Virus record (IMG/VR): IMGVR_UViG_3300009314_000003
Location: 64,001 to 128,000 of that record
From: a virus
DNA: 64,000 nucleotides
Direction: 5' to 3' (one strand)
Shown piece after piece: positions 45,901 to 54,299 of this stretch (position 1 is the first letter of the stretch; every line of letters begins with the position of its first letter). The notes beneath the pieces are model-generated. The model was not told the DNA's origin. It worked only from the letters and a program-made list of their open reading frames with translations, and did not search any database. The position numbers and the translations under genes were made by a program.

Positions 45901-47664
45901 CAGTTTGAGGATGTAACAGATAACCTCTCAATAGATTATAACAATTGGCCCGCCACCCCCTTTGAACTCACCATAGAATGTAATGTTGCGGCTATAATTA
46001 ATGATTCCCAATACCTAGGGACTGATGAGTTCTATATCTCTAATAGTAACTACTCAAGTGATCCGCTTCCACCTGATAATAATGATATTATCACCTACAC
46101 AGCTGCAGGCGACGAGGGAGGTTTAGAAGGGATCTGGACAATAGAATGGCAGGATAGTGAGGGTGGTTTAATAAATTCCACTGACTATCCTATCACTATC
46201 AACCACACCCTACCTAATTTTGTATCAGATGAACATTATACATCAATAAACTATGAGGACTGGAGTGGAAATCCCTATGAACTCGCCATAACCTGTGATG
46301 TTAGTGATATACTTACTGAACACTCAGACGCCTTATTCTATATCTATAAAGAGGGTTCCACAGGTACATCTATACAACCCAATGATAATAATATTATCAC
46401 CTACACAGTAACTGCAAGTGATTCAGCGGATTTGGAAGGTAATTGGATAATAAAATGGGGAAATAGTAATGATTATTCAATACGTTCTATTAGTCACCAA
46501 GTAACTGAATTCCCCTCTCCCCTCGTCTTAAATACTCCTACATCCGATTGGCAGGTAGATTATAATAACTATTCCTCAAACCCTTATGGGCTCACAATTA
46601 CCTGTGATGTTAGTGATATACTTACTGCGCACTCATACGCCCAATTCTATATCTATAAAGAGGGTTCCACAGGTACATCTATACAACCCAATGATAATAA
46701 TATTATCACCTACACAGTAACTGCAACTGCAGGTAATTCAGCTAACTTGGAGGGTGATTGGACAATAGAATGGCAGGACAGTGGGGGTAATGTAATAAAT
46801 TCTGCTACCTGCTCAGTCAGCACCTCCCCGTCCCTTCCCACCTTTGGGGAGGTAGAATACACCATCATACCAGATCTTAGCGTGTCACCGGTACGATATG
46901 ATTTTAGTATAGAGTGTGATGTTGATGATATACTTACTGAACACTCAGACGCCCAATTCTATATCTATAATAATACTTACCAGAGCGGGGCACTTACGCC
47001 TGGTAGTGGCGTATGGGGTAAAACAACGAAGTGTGTAATTGGGTACCTTGCGGAGAACGAGTTAGAAGGGACCTGGACAATAGAATGGCGGAACAGTGGG
47101 GGTGAGGTAATAAATTTTCATAATGAAGAAATAGATCAGGACGTTATTCAAGGAGTAACGCTTGATGGTACTACATACAACACACCCCAGGGCAACTCAT
47201 TTTACATTCAAATACCAGGAGGTTCCTCTCCATACAAACAAAATACTACTGATATTGGCCCAATACAACTACAATTAACTCAGTATGAAACTACCAAGAC
47301 CTGGACTTCTCCACAGCCGTACAACTCTGATACTGGTGTATCAATGCTCTCCCTGCACTCCTATGACCTGGTTCCATTTACAACAGGAGATAGAGAAACC
47401 TGGCTCAAATATGAGATAGTAACAGAAGGAGGAGATACCTACCCAATAACCCCCGTAAATAGGCCCGGGCAATACCCGGTCATATATAATGTGAATAGTA
47501 CCCTACCGGAGGAGCTTAGAAGTGATAGGCAACAAAACTTTAATGAGGGGTTCATAGACCAGAAGGTGTTTTCCTGGAAAGTTAGAATTACAATGCTCCG
47601 CCCGGGGAATGAGGTTAATAGAACCCCTATAGTTTATACATACCGGATGAGATATTATGAGTGA
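42991..47664 (+). CDS. Mosaic adhesin-like virion protein: N-terminal beta-sandwich domain, three PKD/K319-like domains, six ~95-aa repeats, phage-type C-terminal domain
   Basis: NQPPVADAGDDQTV, NQAPTADAGEDQDI and PPVADAGDNQTV, each followed by LD.SGS.DP.G..TY.W; repeated LTITCDVSDILT...LEG.W.I.WQ; C-terminal NRTPIVYTYRMRY. Confidence 0.8.
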   Translation: MPIFNCPDNNCNHCGTDLCICCPNGYESFDAGDTIEVKWQAPYNSTDYVVNVTLYKGNEFAAIIAEYFNAHPTSYYRKSSIPWTIPTFLEQRDDYRIKVTIIAGDNLGQSDFSDNYFEIVNTINQPPVADAGDDQTVVENSIVQLDASGSYDPDGDTITYAWSAPVGITLTNANSVNPIFTAPEVTEDTEYQFILVVNDGEFDSSQDAVTITVENFIPNQAPTADAGEDQDINEGMFVTLDGTGSFDPEGSNLTYTWTAPVGITLSNVNAVSPTFTAPNVDDDTPYSFTLEVSDGDLTDTDDVTITVLNVAVPQPPVADAGDNQTVDEGDLVTLDGSGSYDPEGEDVTYMWTAPDGITLSDQSIVNPTFTAPEVISVTDYIFTLTVEDPHGLSDTDNVTITVNPVADPPVLGGQYNYNNDDYYTAVSLIRTNSGVYNFTPEYFLGPGNPCSHWRICPDGHEGANYDISGSFPFPEWEDVIYFNHTYTDIPSGDLLGTWRSYVKYIGDDSWTEFLGGLEITQDMLPQALPAELTIEASSIQNHVNITLGDDFTWMYTAGGVWSDITHCIYPEEYSSPYLLADIVPDQSNCVNYSDGGLCHNPNDLMAGSVISQYNLSTTAYGPYNLELTIRGMTQGSITCRLGLESPSATFNSNGTHSGNIEASSLSPNTFYIYPTPDFNGIIDNVSLKLSGGGDELISNGDFSNSLQDWSGTTCWEHAYFPFPIPKNTVSQEDWCVNTHGLCLHTFSDDVTTWHVPTYYARGYLAGAFSVFLGTSSYSSSINYENYPLNPYELTITCDVSDILTVYSNAQFYIYNNTYQSEALTPGNGIITYTVTATAGNSANLEGNWTIEWQDGSGSTLESITQSVPADTFSPPPDFGNVDYSLEHPNDWNLTITCDVSDILTEHSDALFYIYKEGSTGTSIQPNDNNTITYTETAGNSTDLEGNWIIKWQNGGGEVINSTTCTVSSLPQFEDVTDNLSIDYNNWPATPFELTIECNVAAIINDSQYLGTDEFYISNSNYSSDPLPPDNNDIITYTAAGDEGGLEGIWTIEWQDSEGGLINSTDYPITINHTLPNFVSDEHYTSINYEDWSGNPYELAITCDVSDILTEHSDALFYIYKEGSTGTSIQPNDNNIITYTVTASDSADLEGNWIIKWGNSNDYSIRSISHQVTEFPSPLVLNTPTSDWQVDYNNYSSNPYGLTITCDVSDILTAHSYAQFYIYKEGSTGTSIQPNDNNIITYTVTATAGNSANLEGDWTIEWQDSGGNVINSATCSVSTSPSLPTFGEVEYTIIPDLSVSPVRYDFSIECDVDDILTEHSDAQFYIYNNTYQSGALTPGSGVWGKTTKCVIGYLAENELEGTWTIEWRNSGGEVINFHNEEIDQDVIQGVTLDGTTYNTPQGNSFYIQIPGGSSPYKQNTTDIGPIQLQLTQYETTKTWTSPQPYNSDTGVSMLSLHSYDLVPFTTGDRETWLKYEIVTEGGDTYPITPVNRPGQYPVIYNVNSTLPEELRSDRQQNFNEGFIDQKVFSWKVRITMLRPGNEVNRTPIVYTYRMRYYE
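45330..47120 (+). repeat. Six tandem ~300-bp coding repeats with mosaic near-identity
   Basis: 45676-45776 is identical to 46291-46391 (101 bp); 45474-45528 is identical to 46701-46755. Outer boundaries approximate. Confidence 0.9.
47008..47046. repeat. 39-bp inverted copy of 31136-31174, in frame in the sixth repeat
   Basis: ggcgtatggggtaaaacaacgaagtgtgtaattgggtac encodes GVWGKTTKCVIGY, the antisense translation of the 721-aa gene. Confidence 0.95.
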
Positions 47665-49798
47665 AAATAGAAGAAAACAGGTGTATACCACTCTGGTAAA
47701 AGAATTTGTAAGACGTTGGGGCCGAGTTCCAACCCAGGCAGAGCTATATCGTTCAATTCAGGACTCATTCTACAAACCACTGGCTAAACCTCTGGTACCG
47801 AAGAACAAGGCAAGAAGTAGTGCAGAGTATTTTGGGCAAACAATGAAAGGCCTGCTCGGGGACACTAAAGACGTCCTGGAGATACTTAAGGGAACTGAAG
47901 ATGCCAATCTGCAATTGAGGGTCGGTGTTGAAGACGGGGCAAGAGACGTGGCTAATCAAGCTCGTGCTGCAATAAAACGTATTCGGCATCAAGACACAAT
48001 ACACAAAAGCAAGGTAGCGCTTGTTGATGTTCTACCGGAACCTATTAAGCGTCTATCCCCTTATACTCGCTATGGTACCAGTGTTACCCTTCTACAGGAT
48101 TCACTAGCGCCGATCTCCTATATCCCCACCGTTATCCCAACCTCTGATAAAACAATTGATAGATACGAGCTAAATGAATTCTCCCTTCCTTACTCAGCCT
48201 TTGTAAGGGCTAAGGAAGATGCCTCGTACTCCGGATTCACTCTGGAACTGTTAATACAGGATGATGGAACAGATATACAGGGCCCTATAAATATTACTCG
48301 CCTCTATTATGACGGTTCACCAGTTATGATGACTATTGAAGTATCCGGGGATGATGGTGAATGGACTACAGTAACCACAGTAAATCCAATTGGCCGTACG
48401 GAATATATTATCAATGAATCTACCACAAAACTCCGGCTCACATTTACTCAATCGGGAAATTACAGTAAGATATACATCAAAGACCTACAGGTGTACCGAG
48501 AAAGGTATCAGCCCGAGGGAATTTATGTCTCCGGGCCATATGATCTTAGTAAGGCCGCCGGGCGGCTCAAGGTTGAACCAAATCAATACATACCCAGTGA
48601 TACGTCAGTGATATGGGAATATGGATTGGACTATCCCCTATCCGGGAGGTATGTTAGTACTTCAGGAGATATAGTTCATCCGGATAGTCCACTATTTACA
48701 AACAATACCACCTATGATACCTCAGTGGAAAGTGGGTCTTTACACTATTCAGATATAGTTCCTTTTGATGCTTTGTCAGAGAACTTTCACTCTCCGGGTT
48801 GGAAAAGTATCCCCACCCGAGGAACCCTCTTTAATGCTGAGCTGGATGAAAGTAATAGCACCTCACTATATAATGGTGCTGGCGGGTCATACAATAACTC
48901 CATACGCCATATCGCCACCTTAGATAGTAAGGTAATAGATGAATCAATTAAGATCACCTATGGTAAGGATTGCTGGAAGTTTAGTGAGACAGATGCCCCG
49001 GTAATAATACTGAATGAGGATGGAACACAAACCCAAATTTCAACCCCCTTTCATCACTGGATGACACACTTAATTGTCAGAGGACAAACGTCTTCAGTGA
49101 GATTCAACAATCCGGCCCACCCAAGGGACGCTGCTAAAAGCGCCATCAAAGAAATAATCCTACAAAACACATCCACAGGGGAAATTATTATAGACCAACT
49201 CTTCGACGACCCCATTACTATCGTTAAGGGAATATGGAAATGTATTCTGGTCTATAATCTTCTAGATAGTGAAAGCCCACCAGAGAGCTTCCCCCTTGAT
49301 CCCAGAGCCGCCGCCTGGACCGGTATAGATCCCTTCCAGGTAGTTACACCCGGTGACGATATATCTTTCATGATTCAGCCTTTTCCTGCCACACGGGTCA
49401 GTATTGAAAATATAATAGATGCCGCATCTCTTTGTACAAACATAAACCGATTTGCCATTGAAGTACAAGATGGGGGTCAGAAGAAGATCCTTATGCCACA
49501 GGCATATACTTTAGGCCTTACTGATATACTTGGTAGCGAGCCGTGGTTTATATACTCGACCGAAGATACCCTAGCAGGCTTCTATGACATATCTTATATG
49601 AAGGAAGTTGATGAGCCCATAGATAATATATTTCTCAGGGCAAGGTTAGAGACAGAAGATCCAAACAAGACACCAATCATTCGCGGGGTTACTTTGTCTG
49701 TTGATGAACATCTATGGGACACAGTGCAGCAGGAAGAAGCAGGCATAACTGATTACACAGAAGGAGAGGAGCCGGAACAACAGCCGGGGCTGGGATAA
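47657..49798 (+). CDS. Structural protein, paralogous family (713 aa)
   Basis: IYIKDLQVYRERYQPEGIYVSGP and C-terminal NKTPIIRGVTL motifs shared with neighbours. Confidence 0.6.
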   Translation: MSENRRKQVYTTLVKEFVRRWGRVPTQAELYRSIQDSFYKPLAKPLVPKNKARSSAEYFGQTMKGLLGDTKDVLEILKGTEDANLQLRVGVEDGARDVANQARAAIKRIRHQDTIHKSKVALVDVLPEPIKRLSPYTRYGTSVTLLQDSLAPISYIPTVIPTSDKTIDRYELNEFSLPYSAFVRAKEDASYSGFTLELLIQDDGTDIQGPINITRLYYDGSPVMMTIEVSGDDGEWTTVTTVNPIGRTEYIINESTTKLRLTFTQSGNYSKIYIKDLQVYRERYQPEGIYVSGPYDLSKAAGRLKVEPNQYIPSDTSVIWEYGLDYPLSGRYVSTSGDIVHPDSPLFTNNTTYDTSVESGSLHYSDIVPFDALSENFHSPGWKSIPTRGTLFNAELDESNSTSLYNGAGGSYNNSIRHIATLDSKVIDESIKITYGKDCWKFSETDAPVIILNEDGTQTQISTPFHHWMTHLIVRGQTSSVRFNNPAHPRDAAKSAIKEIILQNTSTGEIIIDQLFDDPITIVKGIWKCILVYNLLDSESPPESFPLDPRAAAWTGIDPFQVVTPGDDISFMIQPFPATRVSIENIIDAASLCTNINRFAIEVQDGGQKKILMPQAYTLGLTDILGSEPWFIYSTEDTLAGFYDISYMKEVDEPIDNIFLRARLETEDPNKTPIIRGVTLSVDEHLWDTVQQEEAGITDYTEGEEPEQQPGLG

Positions 49799-49842
49799 TA
49801 TATGAAGCAAGGACCTACATATCAACGATATAATATACCGCC
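49784..49842 (+). repeat. 59-bp direct repeat, copy 2
   Basis: Identical to 42809-42867; spans the stop of the 713-aa gene and the start of the 88-aa gene. Confidence 0.97.
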
Positions 49843-50068
49843 CGATGCGCCACTCTCCAGCCAGATGCTTAATGATATATTTGATGGGTGGTTGGTTGGT
49901 TTTGCTGTTATATTTAATACACCTCTGCAGAATATGACTGACCTCAGAGAAATTTGTGGGGACATAGCCAAAAACCTGGCCACGTTTGATAAGCAGGATG
50001 CAATGGCCCGTGGAATATTAGGCGACATTGACCAAGATGATCATACCAGTAACTGGAGACATGTATAA
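49802..50068 (+). CDS. Hypothetical protein (88 aa)
   Basis: Tightly packed between neighbouring genes. Confidence 0.6.
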   Translation: MKQGPTYQRYNIPPDAPLSSQMLNDIFDGWLVGFAVIFNTPLQNMTDLREICGDIAKNLATFDKQDAMARGILGDIDQDDHTSNWRHV

Positions 50069-51208
50069 GTGAAGAAATTTGATTATGGCGAGAATATAGA
50101 TCCTGTAGAACTTAATAACAATCTACGGGATGTGGAGACCCTCCTCTCCCAGGCATACAAATACAATAATGAACTAAAAGTCCGGCAGAATATGCTCGAT
50201 ATGGCCCTGGGGCACATTCTTAACGCCGCTGATTCTTATGTGGATACGGCTCAACCAGATGCAACTATGTATAATGCTGCTACCACAAACAATGGCCCCT
50301 ACAATACCTTCTGGGCAGGTAATCCCCCCAGACTGGTTACACCAATTACCTTTGATGGTACAGAAACCATGAACAATCTGGATGTGGTTAGGGGTAAATT
50401 AGTTCTTAAGTCCAAGGCCTCCCACTCTAAAATTCCTCTTGTCAAGAATGACTATAATGAAGACCGCCCAGCGGCGGGGACAACTATTCTTATGGAAGCT
50501 GGCTCTGAAAAGATTGAATTGGGCGACCAGGAACTTGCCTGGGCCATTCTCTCACCAGATCTCATCTGGTGTTATAGATCGAGTACCTCTTCCATAACCT
50601 TGAGTATATCCACACCGCCCAGTAGTTCCCCTGTTGTTAATCACATATCCACAGATGCTATCTTCCCAAATAAAGAACACACCATAAAATATGTAAACGC
50701 CGCCGGTCGCACAGTACCCCTAGGATCCCAAAGGGGTAGCAGTGACTTCTATTTCCCAGGAGACAAATTTGGCGGCAGAATTGTACTTATCCTCAATGGT
50801 ATTAGCGTTGGTAGTAATACCTATGTCTACGGCCTCTCCCAGGTAAGAGCATCTGAAGAGGTATTTCAACCCTCAGGGTACCTTCTCAAGGAAATTAGTC
50901 TTTATAACAATGCAACCTACCTGGGGGATAAGTCTCTTTTCCTTGATGCTATTAATTATAATGGCACCATTCCAGCTTCCAGATTCAGTGACGCAGTAAG
51001 AATTCAATTAGGACATGGGTTGAACGAGGAGCGGCAGGATCTTGTTAGTGTGCTCTTTGACTCGGACATTCACCCTCTTGAGAACCCATCCGGCATCGAT
51101 TTAGGAATCGGAGGTACGATATGGGCCAAAATTACACTTAACCTGGTAAATAAGGATACAACACCCTCCTTATCAGGCCTCTTGATGGAGTACTCAGTAG
51201 GTGTCTAA
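50069..51208 (+). CDS. Structural protein, paralogous family (379 aa)
   Basis: YVYGLSQVRASEEVFQPSGYL and C-terminal DTTPSLSGLLMEY. Confidence 0.6.
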   Translation: MKKFDYGENIDPVELNNNLRDVETLLSQAYKYNNELKVRQNMLDMALGHILNAADSYVDTAQPDATMYNAATTNNGPYNTFWAGNPPRLVTPITFDGTETMNNLDVVRGKLVLKSKASHSKIPLVKNDYNEDRPAAGTTILMEAGSEKIELGDQELAWAILSPDLIWCYRSSTSSITLSISTPPSSSPVVNHISTDAIFPNKEHTIKYVNAAGRTVPLGSQRGSSDFYFPGDKFGGRIVLILNGISVGSNTYVYGLSQVRASEEVFQPSGYLLKEISLYNNATYLGDKSLFLDAINYNGTIPASRFSDAVRIQLGHGLNEERQDLVSVLFDSDIHPLENPSGIDLGIGGTIWAKITLNLVNKDTTPSLSGLLMEYSVGV

Positions 51209-51263
51209 AGAGATGAATAAATTAAGTGAGTTGGCTGGCGCGTTAAACAAGTAAGGAGATGAT

Positions 51264-51620
51264 ATGTCAGTAAGTGATACAAGTTTCATGGCTTTAGAAT
51301 ATAAGGTGGACACACTAACAAGAGAACTGCAGCAGCTTAAGACAGATCTCACAAACTATCAAACACAGTCTGCGGCCAGTGCAGAAGCACATGACCTCTC
51401 AAGTAGGATTAACATTATAGCCGATGACCTAAGCAATATGGACGCGAAGCTGGCCCTTGTTAAATTACCCTCGGAGACACAGTACTACCTCAAAGAAAAT
51501 GATATACGTGGACTTAAGAGTGTAGTAGACCAAGCAAGAGCCCTAAAGGCTTATGTCGATAGCACCCTCAAGGGTATTTTAGCTGTGGTAACTAAGATGG
51601 AACAGGATAGGAACAGTTAG
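51264..51620 (+). CDS. Coiled-coil hypothetical protein (118 aa)
   Basis: TAAGGAG Shine-Dalgarno-like sequence upstream; heptad-like pattern. Confidence 0.65.
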   Translation: MSVSDTSFMALEYKVDTLTRELQQLKTDLTNYQTQSAASAEAHDLSSRINIIADDLSNMDAKLALVKLPSETQYYLKENDIRGLKSVVDQARALKAYVDSTLKGILAVVTKMEQDRNS

Positions 51621-51621
51621 A

Positions 51622-52017
51622 ATGTCCGCGGTAAGATATGCAACAACTATTCCCTTCCCTCGTGCCACGGTAAGTATAACCAGACAGGGCACACTCATCC
51701 GGTACTTCCGGGCCTCCGATGAGGACGGACAAGTTGAATTCTATGACTATGAACTCCCTTATGGTTATAAGTGGGATGTGAAGTATCGCCCATCAGGACA
51801 GAGTTATTGGAACTTTCACGAGGCTGTAGAATTACTGGAAGGTTTTGATGAGGGAGGTGTTGATATAGCACCCCCAGATGGCTCCACATATAGCACTACT
51901 TACACTGGTCTTGATGATGAAGGAGGTAATGGTATAGCACCCCCAGGTGGCCCCACATATAACATAACACCCCCAGATGGCTCCACATATAGCACTACTT
52001 ACACTGGTCTTGACTAA
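51622..52017 (+). CDS. Hypothetical protein with C-terminal repeats (131 aa)
   Basis: PPDGSTYSTTYTGLD occurs twice. Confidence 0.6.
   Translation: MSAVRYATTIPFPRATVSITRQGTLIRYFRASDEDGQVEFYDYELPYGYKWDVKYRPSGQSYWNFHEAVELLEGFDEGGVDIAPPDGSTYSTTYTGLDDEGGNGIAPPGGPTYNITPPDGSTYSTTYTGLD
51869..52013 (+). repeat. 46-bp direct repeat with a partial copy between
   Basis: cacccccagatggctccacatatagcactacttacactggtcttga at 51869-51914 and 51968-52013. Confidence 0.93.
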
Positions 52018-52019
52018 AT

Positions 52020-53324
52020 ATGTCACAAGAGGTTCACGAAAAGGCCTACAGTATTGCATGCACGGGAGCTGTCGACAATATCGGTGGAACAAATGTAGAC
52101 ACATACAAGATATTCGCCGAGGAGATTATTGGTAATCCAGGCGATCCCGCCGTAGGAGATTTCAACTCTGCCTCCTTCATTGGGGAAATAAATAACCTTC
52201 CCTACCTCCCTTGTTACTATAAATTTCCCACCCAACCCGATTATAATCAACTTAAGCTTAGGAATTCAAACGGAGAATCTATTTCCCCCGGCGAGGCTCC
52301 TGTCTACGGCCCTGACAATGTTTACATCTTCAAATGGCGCACCTGGGAACATGGTAAGTGGTATAGAGTATGGATCCTAGCCGTTGACCAAACAGGGAAT
52401 ATGGAGAGCCTTAACGCCTCTGGTATTCCCAATAGCCTGGATAAAGCCCTCTTCACCACACCTATCCTGGAGGAAGATGAACTCATTTTCAATGCAGCTC
52501 CAATCCTATCTGTTCTAGAAGGTGTATCTGGGGAGGATGAGGCTGATGCTGATGTAAATAAAGCAGAAACTTCAACAGCAATCTTCACCTTCGATAACCT
52601 AACTACGTTCCTGGGAAAGTTGTCTAAGATTGTCATCCATTATAAGAAGTCCGTGGATACTATCTATCACCCATTTTCTGAGTTTAAATACCATACAGAT
52701 ATGGATGATGTAACCTCCTCCACAGCCACATACCGTAAATCATTCACAATAGAGGATAAGCCTACAAACTACGACTTCAGGGCTATATTTCTTAATCCAT
52801 ATGATATTCCAGCCAAGGTTGGTGGGGATATTTTACAGGTAAACGATTCTTCAGTCACTTTCAATGGTGTACCAGACTTCTCTGAGTTTGCGGGAGTTAC
52901 AAACCTTGAGGTGAGAATTGGTGATAACTGGAGTGAAGCAGGGGGCCATCTGCCAGGCCTCACAGCCTATTTACGATGGGATAATATGTACAATCATTCT
53001 GATATACAGGGCCATCCCCACGCAGATGGAATTGATAGAGATACCACACAAGCACAATGGGATTCTATTTCCCATTACATAATCTTCATGTATAAGGCAG
53101 GGGCCGCAGGCCTTACTCCTGCTAATACATATCCTGATCCTGATGAGGTTAATGGAGAGTGGTTCGTAGTTGGTGAGATCCCAAGTCCACACGACCTATC
53201 TATTGGTAGTATAGAATATCCTGTCAAGTGCCCAGCCGGCGCCTCATTGGCCTTCTGGGTAGGCGCCGCAACAAACACTACAAAAACTACGACAGAACAA
53301 ATTACAAGGGGTATAGTAGAATAA
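52020..53324 (+). CDS. Structural protein with FN3/Ig-like segments (434 aa)
   Basis: YRVWILAVDQTGNME FN3-like terminal motif; operon context. Confidence 0.55.
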   Translation: MSQEVHEKAYSIACTGAVDNIGGTNVDTYKIFAEEIIGNPGDPAVGDFNSASFIGEINNLPYLPCYYKFPTQPDYNQLKLRNSNGESISPGEAPVYGPDNVYIFKWRTWEHGKWYRVWILAVDQTGNMESLNASGIPNSLDKALFTTPILEEDELIFNAAPILSVLEGVSGEDEADADVNKAETSTAIFTFDNLTTFLGKLSKIVIHYKKSVDTIYHPFSEFKYHTDMDDVTSSTATYRKSFTIEDKPTNYDFRAIFLNPYDIPAKVGGDILQVNDSSVTFNGVPDFSEFAGVTNLEVRIGDNWSEAGGHLPGLTAYLRWDNMYNHSDIQGHPHADGIDRDTTQAQWDSISHYIIFMYKAGAAGLTPANTYPDPDEVNGEWFVVGEIPSPHDLSIGSIEYPVKCPAGASLAFWVGAATNTTKTTTEQITRGIVE

Positions 53325-53327
53325 ATT

Positions 53328-54299
53328 ATGCCTAGTGGTAATAACACCAGCTTCATAAGTAATATAACCACCGACACGGGTCTATTTAAGGATGACCGGG
53401 TTGTTAAATTGATTGATACATCTTCCGGAGTAATAAAGCCTGACCTGGGAGATGGGGATGATAAAGCTCTTACAGACACACTTCTAAACGCCAGAAGCAC
53501 GTCAAACAATATAGCAGGGGCGAGTATTGAGGGGTTCCTTGTTACCTTCGACAACGAGACATACGCCGCCAGAACAGGCTCGAATATAGGTAATGATACC
53601 AGGCCCATCGAAGGACAAGACATACGTAGCAGGATCCCCGCAGAAGGTATCCGTATAGGCAACGTAGGTCGGTTAGAAGATTTAGTAGAACACGATGGCA
53701 CATACGCCAAAGTTAAAAATACGGCCAGGATAGGTAATACCCCCGTCACCTCGGTTGAGGTGGGTACCGACCGTTCAACTACCCACCTAAACACAGACGG
53801 GCTTAACCCAGAAAGCGCCATCGGGCGAGCGGTGATGCAAACAGTTATCTGGTCTGACAACTCAGTCGCCCGTACGAGTGGAGTTGAGGCATCCGCAAAT
53901 AGTGCAATAGAGGAAGGCAGTTCATCCTGGAAGGTAAAGGCCGTAATCCCGTACACATATGACCCAGAGGATAAGGCTCTGGCTCTGACCTCTCAAATGG
54001 GATCGGACAATCTTGACTGGGGTGGATATATGCGCTTATCAATACATGAAATGAACTCAGATGGTACATTAGGAAATAATAAAGGGGATTCGCCGTACGC
54101 AACCGGTGGTGGCACTAATTACTCTGAGAAAAACACCGTCCTCAATCTTACCGGCCTCGGTCTGGTAGAAGGTACTATGTACTATCTAACGATAAAGGCT
54201 ATGAGTTACGCGGGTAAAATCCTCCTCTTAAACCCAGTTATAAAGACATCGGGCATAACTGATTATTGGCAACCTGCAGACCAAAATTCCTCCTCATAA
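53328..54299 (+). CDS. Putative tail fibre-associated protein (323 aa)
   Basis: Long ORF with TAATG coupling to the next gene; Gly/Asn/Thr-rich. Confidence 0.5.
   Translation: MPSGNNTSFISNITTDTGLFKDDRVVKLIDTSSGVIKPDLGDGDDKALTDTLLNARSTSNNIAGASIEGFLVTFDNETYAARTGSNIGNDTRPIEGQDIRSRIPAEGIRIGNVGRLEDLVEHDGTYAKVKNTARIGNTPVTSVEVGTDRSTTHLNTDGLNPESAIGRAVMQTVIWSDNSVARTSGVEASANSAIEEGSSSWKVKAVIPYTYDPEDKALALTSQMGSDNLDWGGYMRLSIHEMNSDGTLGNNKGDSPYATGGGTNYSEKNTVLNLTGLGLVEGTMYYLTIKAMSYAGKILLLNPVIKTSGITDYWQPADQNSSS

Noticed and set aside
45330-47120. Diversity-generating retroelement template/variable repeat pair
   Set aside because: All copies are in-frame coding units, differences are block swaps and not adenine-specific, and no reverse transcriptase is seen in the window.
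51948-51985. GPTYNITPPDGS resembling GPTYQRYNIPPDGS of the 42827 mini-ORF
   Set aside because: DNA identity is patchy and the match is short; may be coincidence.
53075-53956. 293-aa minus-strand ORF and the many other short antisense ORFs
   Set aside because: They lie opposite well-supported, tightly coupled + strand genes and show no motifs; treated as shadow ORFs.
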